Positions 48,775-61,676 of a stretch of DNA of 64,000 nucleotides are shown piece by piece. This stretch comes from Felis catus. Taxonomy: Eukaryota. The notes below the pieces were generated by a model. It had not been told where the DNA came from. It saw only the letters and a list, made by a program, of their open reading frames with translations, and ran no database searches. The position numbers and the translations under genes were made by a program. Where the stretch lies: contig NC_058369.1 of assembly GCF_018350175.1 (NCBI RefSeq), positions 16,990,001-17,054,000 on the forward strand, given 5' to 3'. Position 1 is the stretch's first letter. Each line of letters begins with the position of its first letter.

Positions 48775-51069
48775 GAATCCAGAAACGTTCTATTTATTCA
48801 CTGAAAAAGGGAGATTAGGCCTTCTTGATCAATTTCCTCCAATCTTCCAAAACTCCCTTCTCCAAAATAACACCACACTGAGAAACACGTTTGTACAAAA
48901 AAAACCCCACGTATTATTCCCCCCCCCACCCCCCCCCCCCACAAAATTGGGTGGCTGTATTACAGGAACGAAACCAGATCAAAGACATGAAAAGAAAAAG
49001 TCACCACTTATATTGAAACATAACAGTGTTAAGAATTCAGGTATTCTGTAGAATTGTTACCAGCATAGTAAAAATATTTCCACCTGGATCTTTTAAATTT
49101 GAAAGCGATCACATTAAAGACCTGAGGTTACAAGGGACCACAGTATGAACCAGAATTCCATTTTCCTTCTAAGAACCCAGTGGAAAAGGTAAGTATTTGG
49201 AATGAGTTTCCTTTGGGAAAGACTGGCAGGAAATAGGGAAAAAAAACCCTGGCCACTGTCAAAAGGCACTGGGATCTTTCTGGAGGCAAATGCATTGGAA
49301 TCAAACTCCAGCAGGAACGAGCTCATTTCCACTCCGAGAGTCTAGAACACACACACAAAAGGAACAAGGTCTCCTTGGTTCCAGTACTCTGATGGTAACC
49401 GGGGCTACCTGGTTAGAGGCAACACCTGAGGGTTTGAAAGGCAAATTTTAATTGTGGTTTTATTTATTTTTTTGCTTTCTGATACTAAGAGAAAAAGTTG
49501 AGGTGTTTTACAAATACCTCCCTACATCCTCTCATATGTAAAGCTTTACAGAATATATAGAAAAAGATACCCAAAAGGTGTTCCACTTTGCATTCTAAAT
49601 AATGAAACTGCCACTTGAGAGTGTGACATGAAGAGGCCAGGTGCTTTGGAAATCAAGCTCCACCAAACACACCCTTCCCCCATCCACAGAAGGATAGAAG
49701 GCAGGAAGGACAAGAGAAAACCAAGAACTCTCAAGTCATTCATCAGCAGGGGTTGAAATGGGCTCAAGTTAAGGCATTTTTGTGGCTCTTCCTCTGGAAT
49801 GGCATTCCAATCTCCCACTCCGAGTACCCCAGCCCTCAAAAGCATGATGCTCTGATTGCCAACTGGGTTCCTTGGTACCCCCAGCATCTCCTTGACAACC
49901 CTGACAGATGGAATGTGAGATCTCAGAAAGGGAAGGGAGAAGGTATGAGAGGCCATTGATCCTGCCCCACTTCTCCAATCCCATCCCAAACCTAAAGTAC
50001 CGCTTCACTAAACCCCACTCACCCTGGACTGCAAGAGGTAGTTTGGGGACTTGAACCCCCAGCCATCCTAACCAAGTTCCATGAGCTAGAATGTTTAGCA
50101 CTATCTACTTACTTTTTTCTTTTTTTTTTTTTTTTCCGTTTTAAAGGTTTTTTGAAAGAGGGAAAAAAAGAATGAGTGTACAAAGCAGTGAATAGTGGAC
50201 TAGACTCATTCGATAGTCATTGCCCTAGACTCCTACAGCTTTCCTGGCTAGTCTAGGGAACTAAGGAATGCCTCCCCAAATCCCTCCCCCAAACCAACAA
50301 ACCATCTGCATAGAAAGCCAAACCGGTGGGCCAGGGATGGAGTGGGTCTGCTCTAACGCTTGTGCGCTACCCTACCAGGGACTGAAGGGGCGTGTTCCGC
50401 TACTCAGGGTGGAGGTCCCTCATGGTCCTCGCTGGGAATAAAATCAGTGGGGTCCCTTCCCCATCTCTTCGAATTTTGGTGCGTCTGTGTGGGGCAAAAG
50501 TCTCATGAAACTTCACCATCAGCACCAATCTCAGCTCAGGTTAGCAGAAATAAGGTCACTTATAATGCCTTTAGGTATGTTCCTTTTGGCTATTCCCTCT
50601 GCCCATCACCATTTTTTTGGTTCCTATTAACTTAGGATGCTCTCGTTTAAAGCAACAATGACAAAAGAAAAAAAAAAAGATAATGATTATAAAGCATTAT
50701 CCACATAAGACAAAGCAAAAAACTGTGGGGGAGCCAAAATGACAGACATCAAAATCTAATGCTGACAGGACCTGCGCAGAAACTGTACGCATACCCCACA
50801 CCAGGCTGTGGGGGATGCGGGCTACTGTCAGGATGACCAGGGCACACTGTCACCATAAGCCTCTCCTTGTGTACTGGCTGAGGAACTAACACAAGAGGTG
50901 TCAGAGCATGGAGAGGGCTGGCAAGAGGAATGGGGAAATATGGGATGCGTGCTTGGGGCTGTGAGGAGAAAAATCCTAAAAGAAACCCAAGGAAGCTGAG
51001 GAACACAAGTCTCGTCATCCGCACTCCAGCCGGTGGCGCCGGGCGTGGACGCGGCCTGCATCTTCCAGG
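48775..51069 (-). other. SMARCC1: SMARCC1 3'UTR (~2.3 kb)
   Basis: Transposon-free sequence after the stop codon. AATAAA on - at 48793-48798 (distal) and overlapping pair at 49459-49468 (proximal). Exact 3' end inferred. Confidence 0.75.
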
Positions 51070-51167
51070 CTAGGGGGCGGCCGAGGCTGGTGGGCCTGGA
51101 GCAGGAGGCGGAGGGACTCCATCCGTGGGCGGCGGAGGCGGTGGCGGCTGCTGCGGCGGAGGGGCAT
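51070..51167 (-). CDS. SMARCC1: SMARCC1 last exon, coding part to stop
   Basis: Acceptor tgtgtttgcag|. Translates (Y)APPPQQPPPPPPPTDGVPPPPAPGPPASAAP*, with TAG at 51072-51070; matches the BAF155 C-terminus. Confidence 0.95.
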
Positions 51168-53401
51168 CTGCAAACACAGCCAAGAGGGACTCGTCATTGC
51201 TGGAAACGCAAGGGCTTGGGGAAGAGCCCGTTCAGAGAGAAATGCCACGGGAAGTAATTTTCCTCGCAGCAGGCAATTAACACAGACTTTGTGGCACTGC
51301 TGCCACTGCGGTCTGCGCAGTTCAGGTTCACTGGCCCTCCAGGTCCCCGCTCAGGTGCTGGGGTGTCTGAATCTGTCCCAACCTCCTCCGAGGCGAGGCC
51401 CACCCCTTCCAAGAATCACTCCAGACCTTGTCAGAACTTAAGTGTATTTTGAGTTTATTGCATTTTGATGGTTCTAATTGTTATTTCTTCAGTTAAATGA
51501 TAAGCTCCTTCCTGGGCAAGTTCTGTGTCTTCTTTCTCTCACAGTGCCTGGCCTAGGTGGGCACAAAATAGATTATCAATAACTTCTTGTTGATTTAAGT
51601 GTCTCCACCAGGGCCAGAGAGCTTCACTCGAGGCGGCTGCTCACAAGGTGGACAGTCCTGGGATGCCCCACAGCTCCTGAACTGCAGTCCTTGGATTTTT
51701 GGCCAAAACTAGGTCAGGTCCTGAAGGGAACAATTAGTATCAGTGTCTGGGGCTCTTTCCTATTTCAACTTTAGCTGCTTAGCGTACAAAGGAACCCTAG
51801 AGATTATTTAATCCAGGGCTTTTAAAACCTCTTGATTTTGTCAGAAATAAAAACATATGAAACAAATAAATAATTCAAGCACAGCCTTGCTCACCGGTCA
51901 GTTCATCCAACCTTCCCCCCCCAAGAGATTGCCACCAAACTGCCAAAGCTCTTCAAAGCTCTGAGAGAGAGCCCACTGGTCAAATCTCTTGAGTCCTCTT
52001 TTCAGGGGGGGAAACTAAGGCCTGAAGGGAGGAAGCACCCTGGCCGAGGAGGCCTGCCTGGTACCCAACAGCCAAGTCAGTGGCTCAGAATCCCTGAAAC
52101 ACTCACTTGTGGCAGGTAGTGGGGACCTGAAACCCTCCATATTCTCAAGGTGCTCCCCTGACGGCCCTTCAGGATGAAATCCTGGACAGTGGTAAAGACC
52201 AGTGATATCAGCTCTTGCAACTGGGATGGCAAAATGGGCAAGTCTCCTGGCAGGCTGACACATCTGCCCACCATCTGTAAGTTAACGACGTGAAGGTTCT
52301 CTTGCCAAGGAAAAGAAGTATCCCTATACTACAACCTCTGACCGGGACTCAAAGGAGATCATTTTTTCTATTGTCATGATCCTATACCCAGCTACACGGC
52401 TTTCTTCCATGCTCCCACACTATCTTAGTCCCTAGGGGCCCAGAGAGAAAGGAGATGCGCTTTTGTGCAGCCTGCTTCCTGGCCCTGTGAAGCCTCCCTG
52501 AGCGCTGCAGCGCACTCCAGGCACTTTGTGGTAAATCCTGTATTCCACTATCCACTTGTTCGTTTCCTGTTTTCCCAACTACAGCTCCTGGAGACTAGGA
52601 ATTCTTGAGACCTTGCTCTCGGTACCGTCAATAGGAGTTGACTCCTTGGCACATATGTGAACATCTAAATGAACCAGGACTAAAGACGTGGCTGGGTTAT
52701 CTGGCCACTACTGACTGCATTTTGGGACCATTCTGAGAAGATCTACAGGAGTAAAGGACAGGTCAGAGCTTCTGAAGCAGTCTTCTGGAGCCCAGGACTG
52801 GGGGAGAGCAAGGAACTGGCTTCATACACCTGCCAGACACACACTGTGTCTTCTCCATGGAGTCTGCTGGGACCTCCTGTTCCTTCTCAACACAGCCCTT
52901 CAATACTCCCTCCTTAGTCTAAGTTGCTACTACCGCCATCCCGGAGTAGATATGAGAAACTTGTTATTTCTGCCCTAAACTGTTTTTTTCTTTCTTTGAC
53001 CCTCCAATTTTGAAACCTGTGTCCATAGAGGCTCCTGTAGGAAAACAACTAGCAGCTCAGTATGTCTAATAAGATTCAAGCTAGACCGGCTTAAATAGGA
53101 GCAGGCGAGGAATGACCTTTTGGCCTCCCCACAGACCTCAGTGTCGAGAGTGCAGGCCACAAAGGTTATGGCACACGCAGCCAAATGCTGCAAGCATTTG
53201 CACTCGTCACCTGTGCACCTGCTCATCAGGGGCGGTGAAGAGCATGGACCACAGATCGATCTTCTCGAATCCCTGTCACAGGCTGCACTGTCCACGGACC
53301 TGCCACACTATAGATAATCTAGAGAACAAAGCCTTTGTCCCTTGTCTCCAGCCCTCCCAGAGAGACCCTAGGGTGATGCTTCCCCCCACCATGCTACTTA
53401 C

Positions 53402-53578
53402 ACATGCCGTTAGGTGCCGTGAGGGGTACCCGGGGTCCTAAGATGTTTCCTGGCATTGGAGGCATACCGGGAGGGGCTGGGCCACTCCCAGGCGGGTGGA
53501 TGTTGGCTGCAACGGTGGGAATCATGCGGCCTGGCATGGGCTGCCCAGGGATCATGGAACCTGGGCCTGGTATCTGAC
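53402..53578 (-). CDS. SMARCC1: SMARCC1 (BAF155) penultimate coding exon, proline-rich C-terminal region
   Basis: Acceptor ctctttccacag|, donor T|gtaagt. Translates GQIPGPGSMIPGQPMPGRMIPTVAANIHPPGSGPAPPGMPPMPGNILGPRVPLTAPNGM. 177 nt, phase 1/1. Confidence 0.95.
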
Positions 53579-54292
53579 CTGTGGAAAGAGATTTAAAGTA
53601 TTAAGGTAAGTGTACTAGGAAGAAAGGGATCAATTCAATGCCCAAGAATGCTAAATACAAATACCTAACCCTCCAAAGGATTTGAAATACCAAAAGAACA
53701 ATAATCTGTAATAATCTCTATGCCCAGATTTTCATTTTTTGGAAGAGGAGGAAGGATAATGGGGCATCTATGGAGTGAATGACTACCCTAAACACTGGTA
53801 TAGGCAGGCAGCTGAAGAATCATTACAAGAAAAACACCCTAAAAAAAAGCTGTCATTTTGGTTACTTTGGGTGGACAGTGGTCATACATCTTCCTGAGGA
53901 CACAAAATACCAAGGACAGACCACGGGGGATGGAGAGGACTTTAACAGCACATCAGTGCACAGTCTGAGGATAGCAGCTCAGTTAAGAATGAGCTTTACA
54001 CATGGGCTTTGTGGGAGGAAATATCTGAAAAGGTACTGGTCACAACTGCAATCAACATTATAAAGCGATTCTGACCAGAATCTCCAAGTCCTGTCCACAA
54101 AAAAGTCTCTCCTTCAAAACCCCACCATGAAGCACTGGCCCCAGAGAACCACAGTGGTGGTGGTTGTGGGGGATTAGCAAGAAAAATGGATAATACCTTC
54201 ATCTCTTTCTACCGGTTTGAAATTGACAAACAGAGACACTATATACTAGAACAGTAAAATACCTCCTTGTCTGCAGTTTCACACTGAGCCTT

Positions 54293-54815
54293 CAGGACTT
54301 TCAGAAAACATTTTCTGTAGAGCCAGATAGTAAATATCTGGACCTTGCAGATCATATGGTCTTGTTCACAGCTTTTCTTATTAACTAATCAGTTAAGTTT
54401 TGAAGGAGAGGGGAGGGGCGGAGAGAGAATCCCAAGCAGGCTCTGCACGGTCAGTGGGGAGTTCGATGCAGGGCTTAAACTCATGAACCATGAGATAATA
54501 ACCTGAGCCGAAATCAAGAGTTGGACACTTAACCGACTGAGCTACCCAGGTGCTTTTCAACTTTGCCACTGTAGGTAGCATGAAGGCAGTCACAGATGGC
54601 ATACGGGTGTCGTAGACAATAGGTGAGGCTGAGTCTCAAATATTTATGGACTCTGAAATGTGTTATTTCATGTAATCTTCATATGATATAGATATTTTTC
54701 TTTTGAGTCCCCCACCCGTGCCATTTAAACTATAAAAACCATTCTTAGCCTGTGGTCCGTACAAAAACAGGAGATGGGCCAGGTTTGGTCTGCAGATTGT
54801 AGTTTGCCAATCCTG
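54293..54815. mobile_element. MER58-like hAT-Charlie fossil interrupted by a SINE (~54390-54555, -)
   Basis: ttttctgtagagccagatagtaaatat...aaaaccattcttagc...gtagtttgccaatcctg. Confidence 0.75.
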
Positions 54816-55078
54816 CTTTAGATATGAGTATTTTCTCTTAAACTCAGAAGTTTGGCTGCCAGGCTTGGTTTTAAAGGGCCACAAGCAAAGGAGACTAGTT
54901 TAATGGGGACAAACCAAGGTTGAAGCACTCTTTTGCATGTGCATATGAACTCTACATACATGTAGGTAAATTATAGTCTCTACAGAATAAGGAAAGAGAA
55001 TCTATGGTTTTGTTTTTATAAATCTAGGGATTTCAGTATCTCTGTAAGGTCAGCTGTATGAAACTAAATACAGGTTTC

Positions 55079-55695
<617 letters not shown>

Positions 55696-55818
55696 TAAAT
55701 ACAGGTTTCTAGACATAGTTCTGAGACAGCTAGAAGTAAGAATGCTTGAGGTCAAATCTTGGAAAATTTGGGAGATGGGACTATCTGATAGCTAATGGTC
55801 AATTAAAACAGACAGAGC

Positions 55819-56035
55819 GGGGTGCCTGGGTGGCTCAGTCGGTTGAGCGTCTGACTTCAGCTCAGGTCATGGTTTCACAGTTTGTGAGTTTGAGCTCTGC
55901 ATCAGGCTCTGTGCTGACAGCTCAGAGCCTGGAACCTGCTTCAGATTCTGTGTCTCCCTCTCTCTCTGCCCTCCCCCACTTGTGCTCTATCAAAAATAAA
56001 TAAACATTACAAAAAATAATAAAAAAATAAAACAT
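55819..56035 (+). mobile_element. CAN-SINE in SMARCC1 intron
   Basis: Typical head, body and tail. Confidence 0.9.
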
Positions 56036-57079
56036 ACAGAGCAGTACTGGAGACAACTTAAGGGATGTCCTCTGTCACTGTTTAGAAAAAGCCCTGTCTT
56101 AAGAAAGACGTACAAAGCTTCAAGCCTCACACCATCTATTTCCAGTGTCTGTTCTCCGACCTAGGTAGGACCCAGACAAAGGAGGCCCTCACTACAGGGG
56201 TAGCAGTGAAGAGAACTCCGGAGGTTCAAGGGTCAGGGAAGAGTGGTCTACTGTCTCTGGGGGACAATTTTTGTAAAGCAAAGTATACCAACATCGTGCC
56301 TCAGAATAAACGGGACAGCAAGCTTTGGGCCCTGAGGCCCACCTTTCTGAGCTCTATAATGCAATCATTTGAGAGTCCAGCAGAGGAGTCTCCAAGGTCC
56401 ATCCACTGGAGGACAGCTTGGTCAAATCGCTTCAGAGGAGGCAAGAGCAGCTACTGGGCCTACTTCTGGTCTGACACTGCCACCCACTCTTATACCAACT
56501 GACCATCAGAGCCAAATGCTGTTGGGTGCCCATACCACAGTGCAAGGACACATACAGATAGTGATGAGGAGCCTATCAACTTAGGGAATGAAATGGGGAT
56601 GAAAGGAAGAATATGTCATACATCATACATCCCACAGATGTACAGGGGTAGCAGTGTGCTGGAAGAGGAAAACAACAGAAGGAGCAAGCCAAAACACCTG
56701 GAACCTTCCAGTCAACTTAGACAATCTTGTGGATGACCTGGGATTTTCGATGATGTGCAATAAACTGAAGGAGGGGGTTAGAGATAGGACAACAGCAGAT
56801 TTTCCTAAGCACAAGGCCCAGCCTGAGTTAAGCAATCAGGAAATAACATGAGTGTCACTTCTATTACTCCTGAGAGCTGCCACTTGGTTGTAGCATCTTT
56901 CTACTTGCTGTTCCCTGAGGTACCTGCATCACTTTATTACCCATCACCTGCACTTCGCTGAGGAGCAGCAGGCTCAGAAAGGTTAAGAAAAACATACTCA
57001 GGTTAGGGCCATGCTACCCACGGTCTGTCTGATAGGACTCAGCAAAGGGGCTGGATGAGCCCTGCACAGAGAATGGGGA

Positions 57080-57090
57080 CTTATTTATTT

Positions 57091-57150
<60 letters not shown>

Positions 57151-57351
57151 GAGAGACAGACAGATAGACAGACACACACACACGCTCACGCATGAGTCGG
57201 GGAGAGGCAGAGAGAGAAAGAGACAGAGAATCTGAAGAGGACTCTGTGCTGACAGCAGAGAGCCCCATGCGGGGCTCGAACTCACAAACCGTGAGATCAT
57301 GACCTGAGCTAACGTCAGACACTTACCCAACTGAGCCACCCAAGTGGCCCC
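57080..57351 (-). mobile_element. CAN-SINE in SMARCC1 intron
   Basis: Antisense SINE with expanded (GA)/(GACA) segment. Confidence 0.9.
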
Positions 57352-57984
57352 TGGTGAAAGGTTTTGGAAGAGGGAGGAATGTGGGGCTCACGGCCTGTGT
57401 GGAGAGCCTTCAGAAGGGATACAGAGGAGTTGGAGCCTAAAGCAGAGAAGAAAAGCTTCTGCAGAGAACCAAGGGCTGTGTGAGGGCAGGAAGTGTAGAT
57501 AAGAGTAGGAGCTTAGGGGTGCGTGGGGGACAGCACCCCACAGGCAACCTGGGGTTGGGTGAGAGAGCAAGGCTGAGGGCAAGCATACAGGGAAGAATTC
57601 AGCGGGCAGAGTGCCGCGGGGACGAAGTGGACAGGACAGGCGAGGACTCCTGCTCTGGGAAAGAGAGACATGGGACTGGCCACCCAGTGCGTGGAGTGTG
57701 ATGAGGTGGGGTGCAGGGAAGGTACTGAACTCTTGAAGGTTCCCACGGGCAGCGCCCCAGACTTCTGAGTCAGGGCCAGTCCTCTGCCGCTGTTCAAGAG
57801 ACTGAGATGCTCTTCCAGCACCTCTACTGCCACGTACCCGAACTAGGCCACTACTAAAAGTCACCATCTGCTCTGGAGTCTAAGTCTCTACAAGTCATTG
57901 TTAAAGGTATTCTGGTGGTGTGACAGGGAGACGGCAGACTTTTGTTGTTGAAGGCAGGAGGCCTGCTTTTAAGCCTTGGACTTT

Positions 57985-59808
57985 TATTATTTTTTTTAAT
58001 TTTTAAAATTTTTAGAGAGACAGAGAGCATGAGTTGGGGAGAAGGGCAGAGAGGGAGGGGGGAGGGATGGAGGAGGAGGAGGAGGAGGAGAAGGAGGAGG
58101 GAGAGAGAGGGAGAGGGAGAGGGAGAGGGAGAGGGAGAGGGAGAGGGAGGGAGGGAGAGGGAGAGGGAGAGGGAGAGGGAGAGGGAGAGGGAGAGGGAGG
58201 GAGGGAGAGGGAGAGGGAGAGGGAGGGAGGGAGAGGGAGAGGGAGGGAGGGAGAGGGAGAGGGAGGGAGGGAGAGGGAGAGGGAGAGAGGAGAGAGAGGG
58301 AGGGAGGGAGAGGGAGAGGGAGAGGGAGAGGGAGAGGGAGAGGGAGGGAGGGAGAGGGAGGGAAGGAGGGAGGGAGAGGGAGGGAAGGAGGGAGAGGGAG
58401 GGAAGGAGGGAGGGAGAGAGAGGGAGGGAGGGAGGGAGAGAGAGGGAGGGAGAGGGAGGGAGAGAGGGAGGGAGGGAGGGAGGAGGGAGAGGGAGAGGGA
58501 GAGGGAGAGGGAGGGAGGGAGAGGGAGAGGGAGGGAGAGGGAGAGGGAGGGAGGGAGAGGGGGAGGGAGAGGGAGAGGGAGGGAGGGAGAGGGAGAGGGA
58601 GGGAGGGAGAGGGAGAGGGAGAGGGAGGGAGGGAGAGGGAGAGGGACAGGGAGAGAGAAGGAGAGAGAGGGAGGGAGGGAGAGAGAGGGAGAGGGAGAGG
58701 GAGAGGGAGAGGGAGAGGGAGAGGGAGAGGGAGAGGGAGGGAGAGGGAGAGGGAGAGGGAGAGGGAGAGGGAGGGAGGGAGGGAGGGAGAGGGAGAGGGA
58801 GGGAGGGAGGGAGGGAGGGAGAGGGAGAGGGAGGGAGGGAGAGGGAGAGGGAGGGAGGGAGAGGGAGAGGGAGGGAGGGAGAGGGAGAGGGAGGGAGGGA
58901 GAGGGAGAGGGAGGGAGGGAGGGAGAGGGAGAGGGAGGGAGAGGGAGGGAGGGAGGGAGAGAGAGGGAGAGGGAGAGAGAGGGAGAGGGAGAGGGAGAGG
59001 GAGGGAGGGAGAGGGAGGGAAGGAGGGAGGGAGAGAGAGGGAAGGAGGGAGGGAGAGGGAGGGAAGGAGGGAGGGGGAGGGAGGGAGAGAGAGGGAGGGA
59101 GAGAGAGGGAGGGAGAGAGAGGGAGGGAGGGAGAGGGAGGGAGGGAGGGAGAGGGAGAGGGAGAGGGAGAGGGAGAGGGAGGGAGGGAGGGAGAGGGAGA
59201 GGGAGGGAGGGAGGGAGAGGGAGAGGGAGGGAGGGAGGGAGAGGGAGAGGGAGAGGGAGAGGGAGAGGGAGAGGGAGAGGGAGAGGGAGGGAGGGAGAGG
59301 GAGAGGGAGGGAGGGAGAGGGAGAGGGAGGGAGGGAGAGGGAGAGGGAGACGGAGGGAGGGAGAGGGAGAGAGAAGGAGAGAGAGGGAGGGAGAGGGAGA
59401 GAGAGGGAGAGGGAGAGGGAGAGGGAGAGGGAGAGGGAGAGGGAGGGAGGGAGGGAGGGAGGGAGAGGGAGGGAAGGAGGGAGGGAGAGGGAGGGAAGGA
59501 GGGAGGGAGGGAGAGGGAGGGAGGGAGGGAGAGGGAGGGAGGGAGAGAGAGGGAGGGAGGGAGAGAGAGGGAGGGAGAGAGAGGGAGGGAGGGAGGGAGA
59601 GGGAGGGAGGGAGGGAGAGGGAGGGAGGGAGAGAGAGGGAGGGAGGGAGAGAGAGGGAGGGAGGGAGGGAGGGAGAGGGAGGGAGGGGGAGGGAGGGGGA
59701 GGGAGAGAGAGGGAGGGAGGGAGAGGGAGGGAGAGAGAGGGAGAGGGAGGGAGAGGGAGAGAGAGGGAGAGAGAGGGAGGGGGAGGGGGAGGGAGGGAGG
59801 GAGGGAGG

Positions 59809-59864
<56 letters not shown>

Positions 59865-59985
59865 ATCTCAAACAGGTTCCATGTGCAGAAGAGCTCCATG
59901 TGGGGCTTGATCCCACGACCCTGGGACCATGACCTGAGCTAACTGAGCTAACTGACCTGAACTAACTGAGCCACCCAGGCACCCC
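57985..59985 (-). mobile_element. CAN-SINE whose internal CT-rich segment has expanded to ~1.8 kb
   Basis: SINE tail/3' part at 57985-58050 and SINE head at 59862-59985 flank the purine tract. Confidence 0.85.
58069..59861. repeat. Long (GGGAGA)n/(GGGA)n/(GA)n polypurine tract
   Basis: 1793 nt of G/A with only two pyrimidines that I could find (58647, 59351). Confidence 0.95.
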
Positions 59986-61081
59986 TCCAACCTCTCAATT
60001 CTAACCTCGAGATGAAACACTTTTCATGGAGTTGTGGTCAATGGAAGCCAAGTGCTAGACCAGCCAATACAGCCCGTGTCTATCAGTGGGTACAAGCTGC
60101 CTCCTGCTTCCAAATTCAACCTGGACAAGAGGCCTCAAGCAAGCGGGAAGAACATTTTGCCTGCCCTTCTCAGATCTCTCTCCAGGAAACTGAAGGCAAT
60201 AGTGAAGCATGCCTTTACAAAAAAAGGGCAGAACGAGTCCTGGTGAGGGAGGAAGAAGAGCGAGCAAGCAGGTATGTGCTCACAGAAATGGCAGGATACA
60301 CGACTGTGCAGTCCCAACTGCTTCTTATTTTCAGCAGGCCAGAGCATTAGGCTTTGACATGAAGGACAAGATTGCCCCACCTCCTGGATCACCAGTGGGC
60401 ATCCCTGTCAGTAGCCACCCAGTACCATCCTCAACAAGGAAAGTACAGATGGAACTAACCAGACTGGAAAACTAAACAGTGTGATCTCACTTCCACTTCA
60501 CCCCAACTGAGACGAGTGTTCTTGGGCAAGTCACTGAGGATGCCCAGAGCCTCGGTCTGCAGATTATTATATAGAGTGAAGCTAGATATCTGCCCCCTCT
60601 CACCGTATGACTTTCTGTATCATCAAGGAAATGGCTTGTTATAGTGCCTTATTATGTCACTGGCTTTTCCAACATGTTATGAGAGCAAATATTTTCATTT
60701 TATAGACCGGAAACAGAATTTGTAAGAGGCATCAGATCCAAGTCTTCTGACTCTAAATCAAATTCTCTATCATACTATTCTTTGTTCAAATGAAACAGTT
60801 CATGTGAAAGGACTTAACAGAACAGTCAGCATTAGAAAATAAAAATCAGGTGTGCCTGGGCGGCTCAGTAGGTTGAGTGTCCTACTCTTGATCTCAGTTT
60901 AGGTCTTGATCTCAGAGTCGTGAGTTCAAGCCCAGTGTTGGGCTCTGTGCTGGGTGTGAAGCCTACTTAAAAGAACAAAACCAAAAACACACAAAACAAT
61001 TAAGGTGTATACTTTAGTTCCAGCCACCACGTTTTCTTCTTTGCTATTATAAGACCGCTCTGCTTCCTGCAGTAAGTTTTT

Positions 61082-61293
61082 CTTTTTTTTTTAAACTTTA
61101 TTTATTTTTGAGACAAAGAGAGACAGAGCATGAACGGGGGAGGGTCAGAGAGAGGGAAACACAGAATCTGAAACAGGCTCCAGGCTCTGAGCTGTCAGCA
61201 CAGAGCCCAATGCGGGGCTCGAACTCACGGACTGGGAGATCATGGCCTGAGCCAAAGTCGGCTGCTTAACTGACTGAGCCACCCAGGTGCCCC
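61082..61293 (-). mobile_element. CAN-SINE in SMARCC1 intron
   Basis: TSD ctgcagtaagttttt on both sides. Confidence 0.9.
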
Positions 61294-61334
61294 CTGCAGT
61301 AAGTTTTTAATTTAACAAACACATTTTGGCCCCC

Positions 61335-61676
61335 TGCAGTGGGCTGGCTGGTGACCCCCAAACAGATATGGACATGTTCCAATACCTGGAACCTGTAAAT
61401 GCAGCCATCTTTGCAAATGTGATTAAGTTAAAGGTCCCGAGATGAGAAGATCACCCTGGATTATCTTGATGGGCCCTAAATCCAATGACAAGTGTCCTTA
61501 TAAGAGACACATGGCCACAAGCCAGGGAATGCCACCAGCCATCAGAAGCTGGAAGAGGCAAGGAAGAGACTATCCCCTAAGACCCCTGAAGAGAGCAAGC
61601 CTTCCTAGATTATGAACTTCTAGCTCTTAGAACGGAGGCAACACATGTCTGTTGTTTTAAGTCACCAAGTTTGTGA
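61335..61676 (+). mobile_element. MLT1D-like (ERVL-MaLR) LTR
   Basis: ctttgcaaatgtgattaagttaaagg...ctggattatc...gggccctaaatccaatgacaagtgtccttataagaga...gaagctggaagaggcaaggaa. Confidence 0.8.

Noticed and set aside
57854..59942. Four 630-680 aa ORFs (Pro/Ser/Leu or Gly/Arg/Glu rich)
   Set aside because: Artefacts of a stop-free purine/pyrimidine repeat inside a SINE; no splice or domain evidence.
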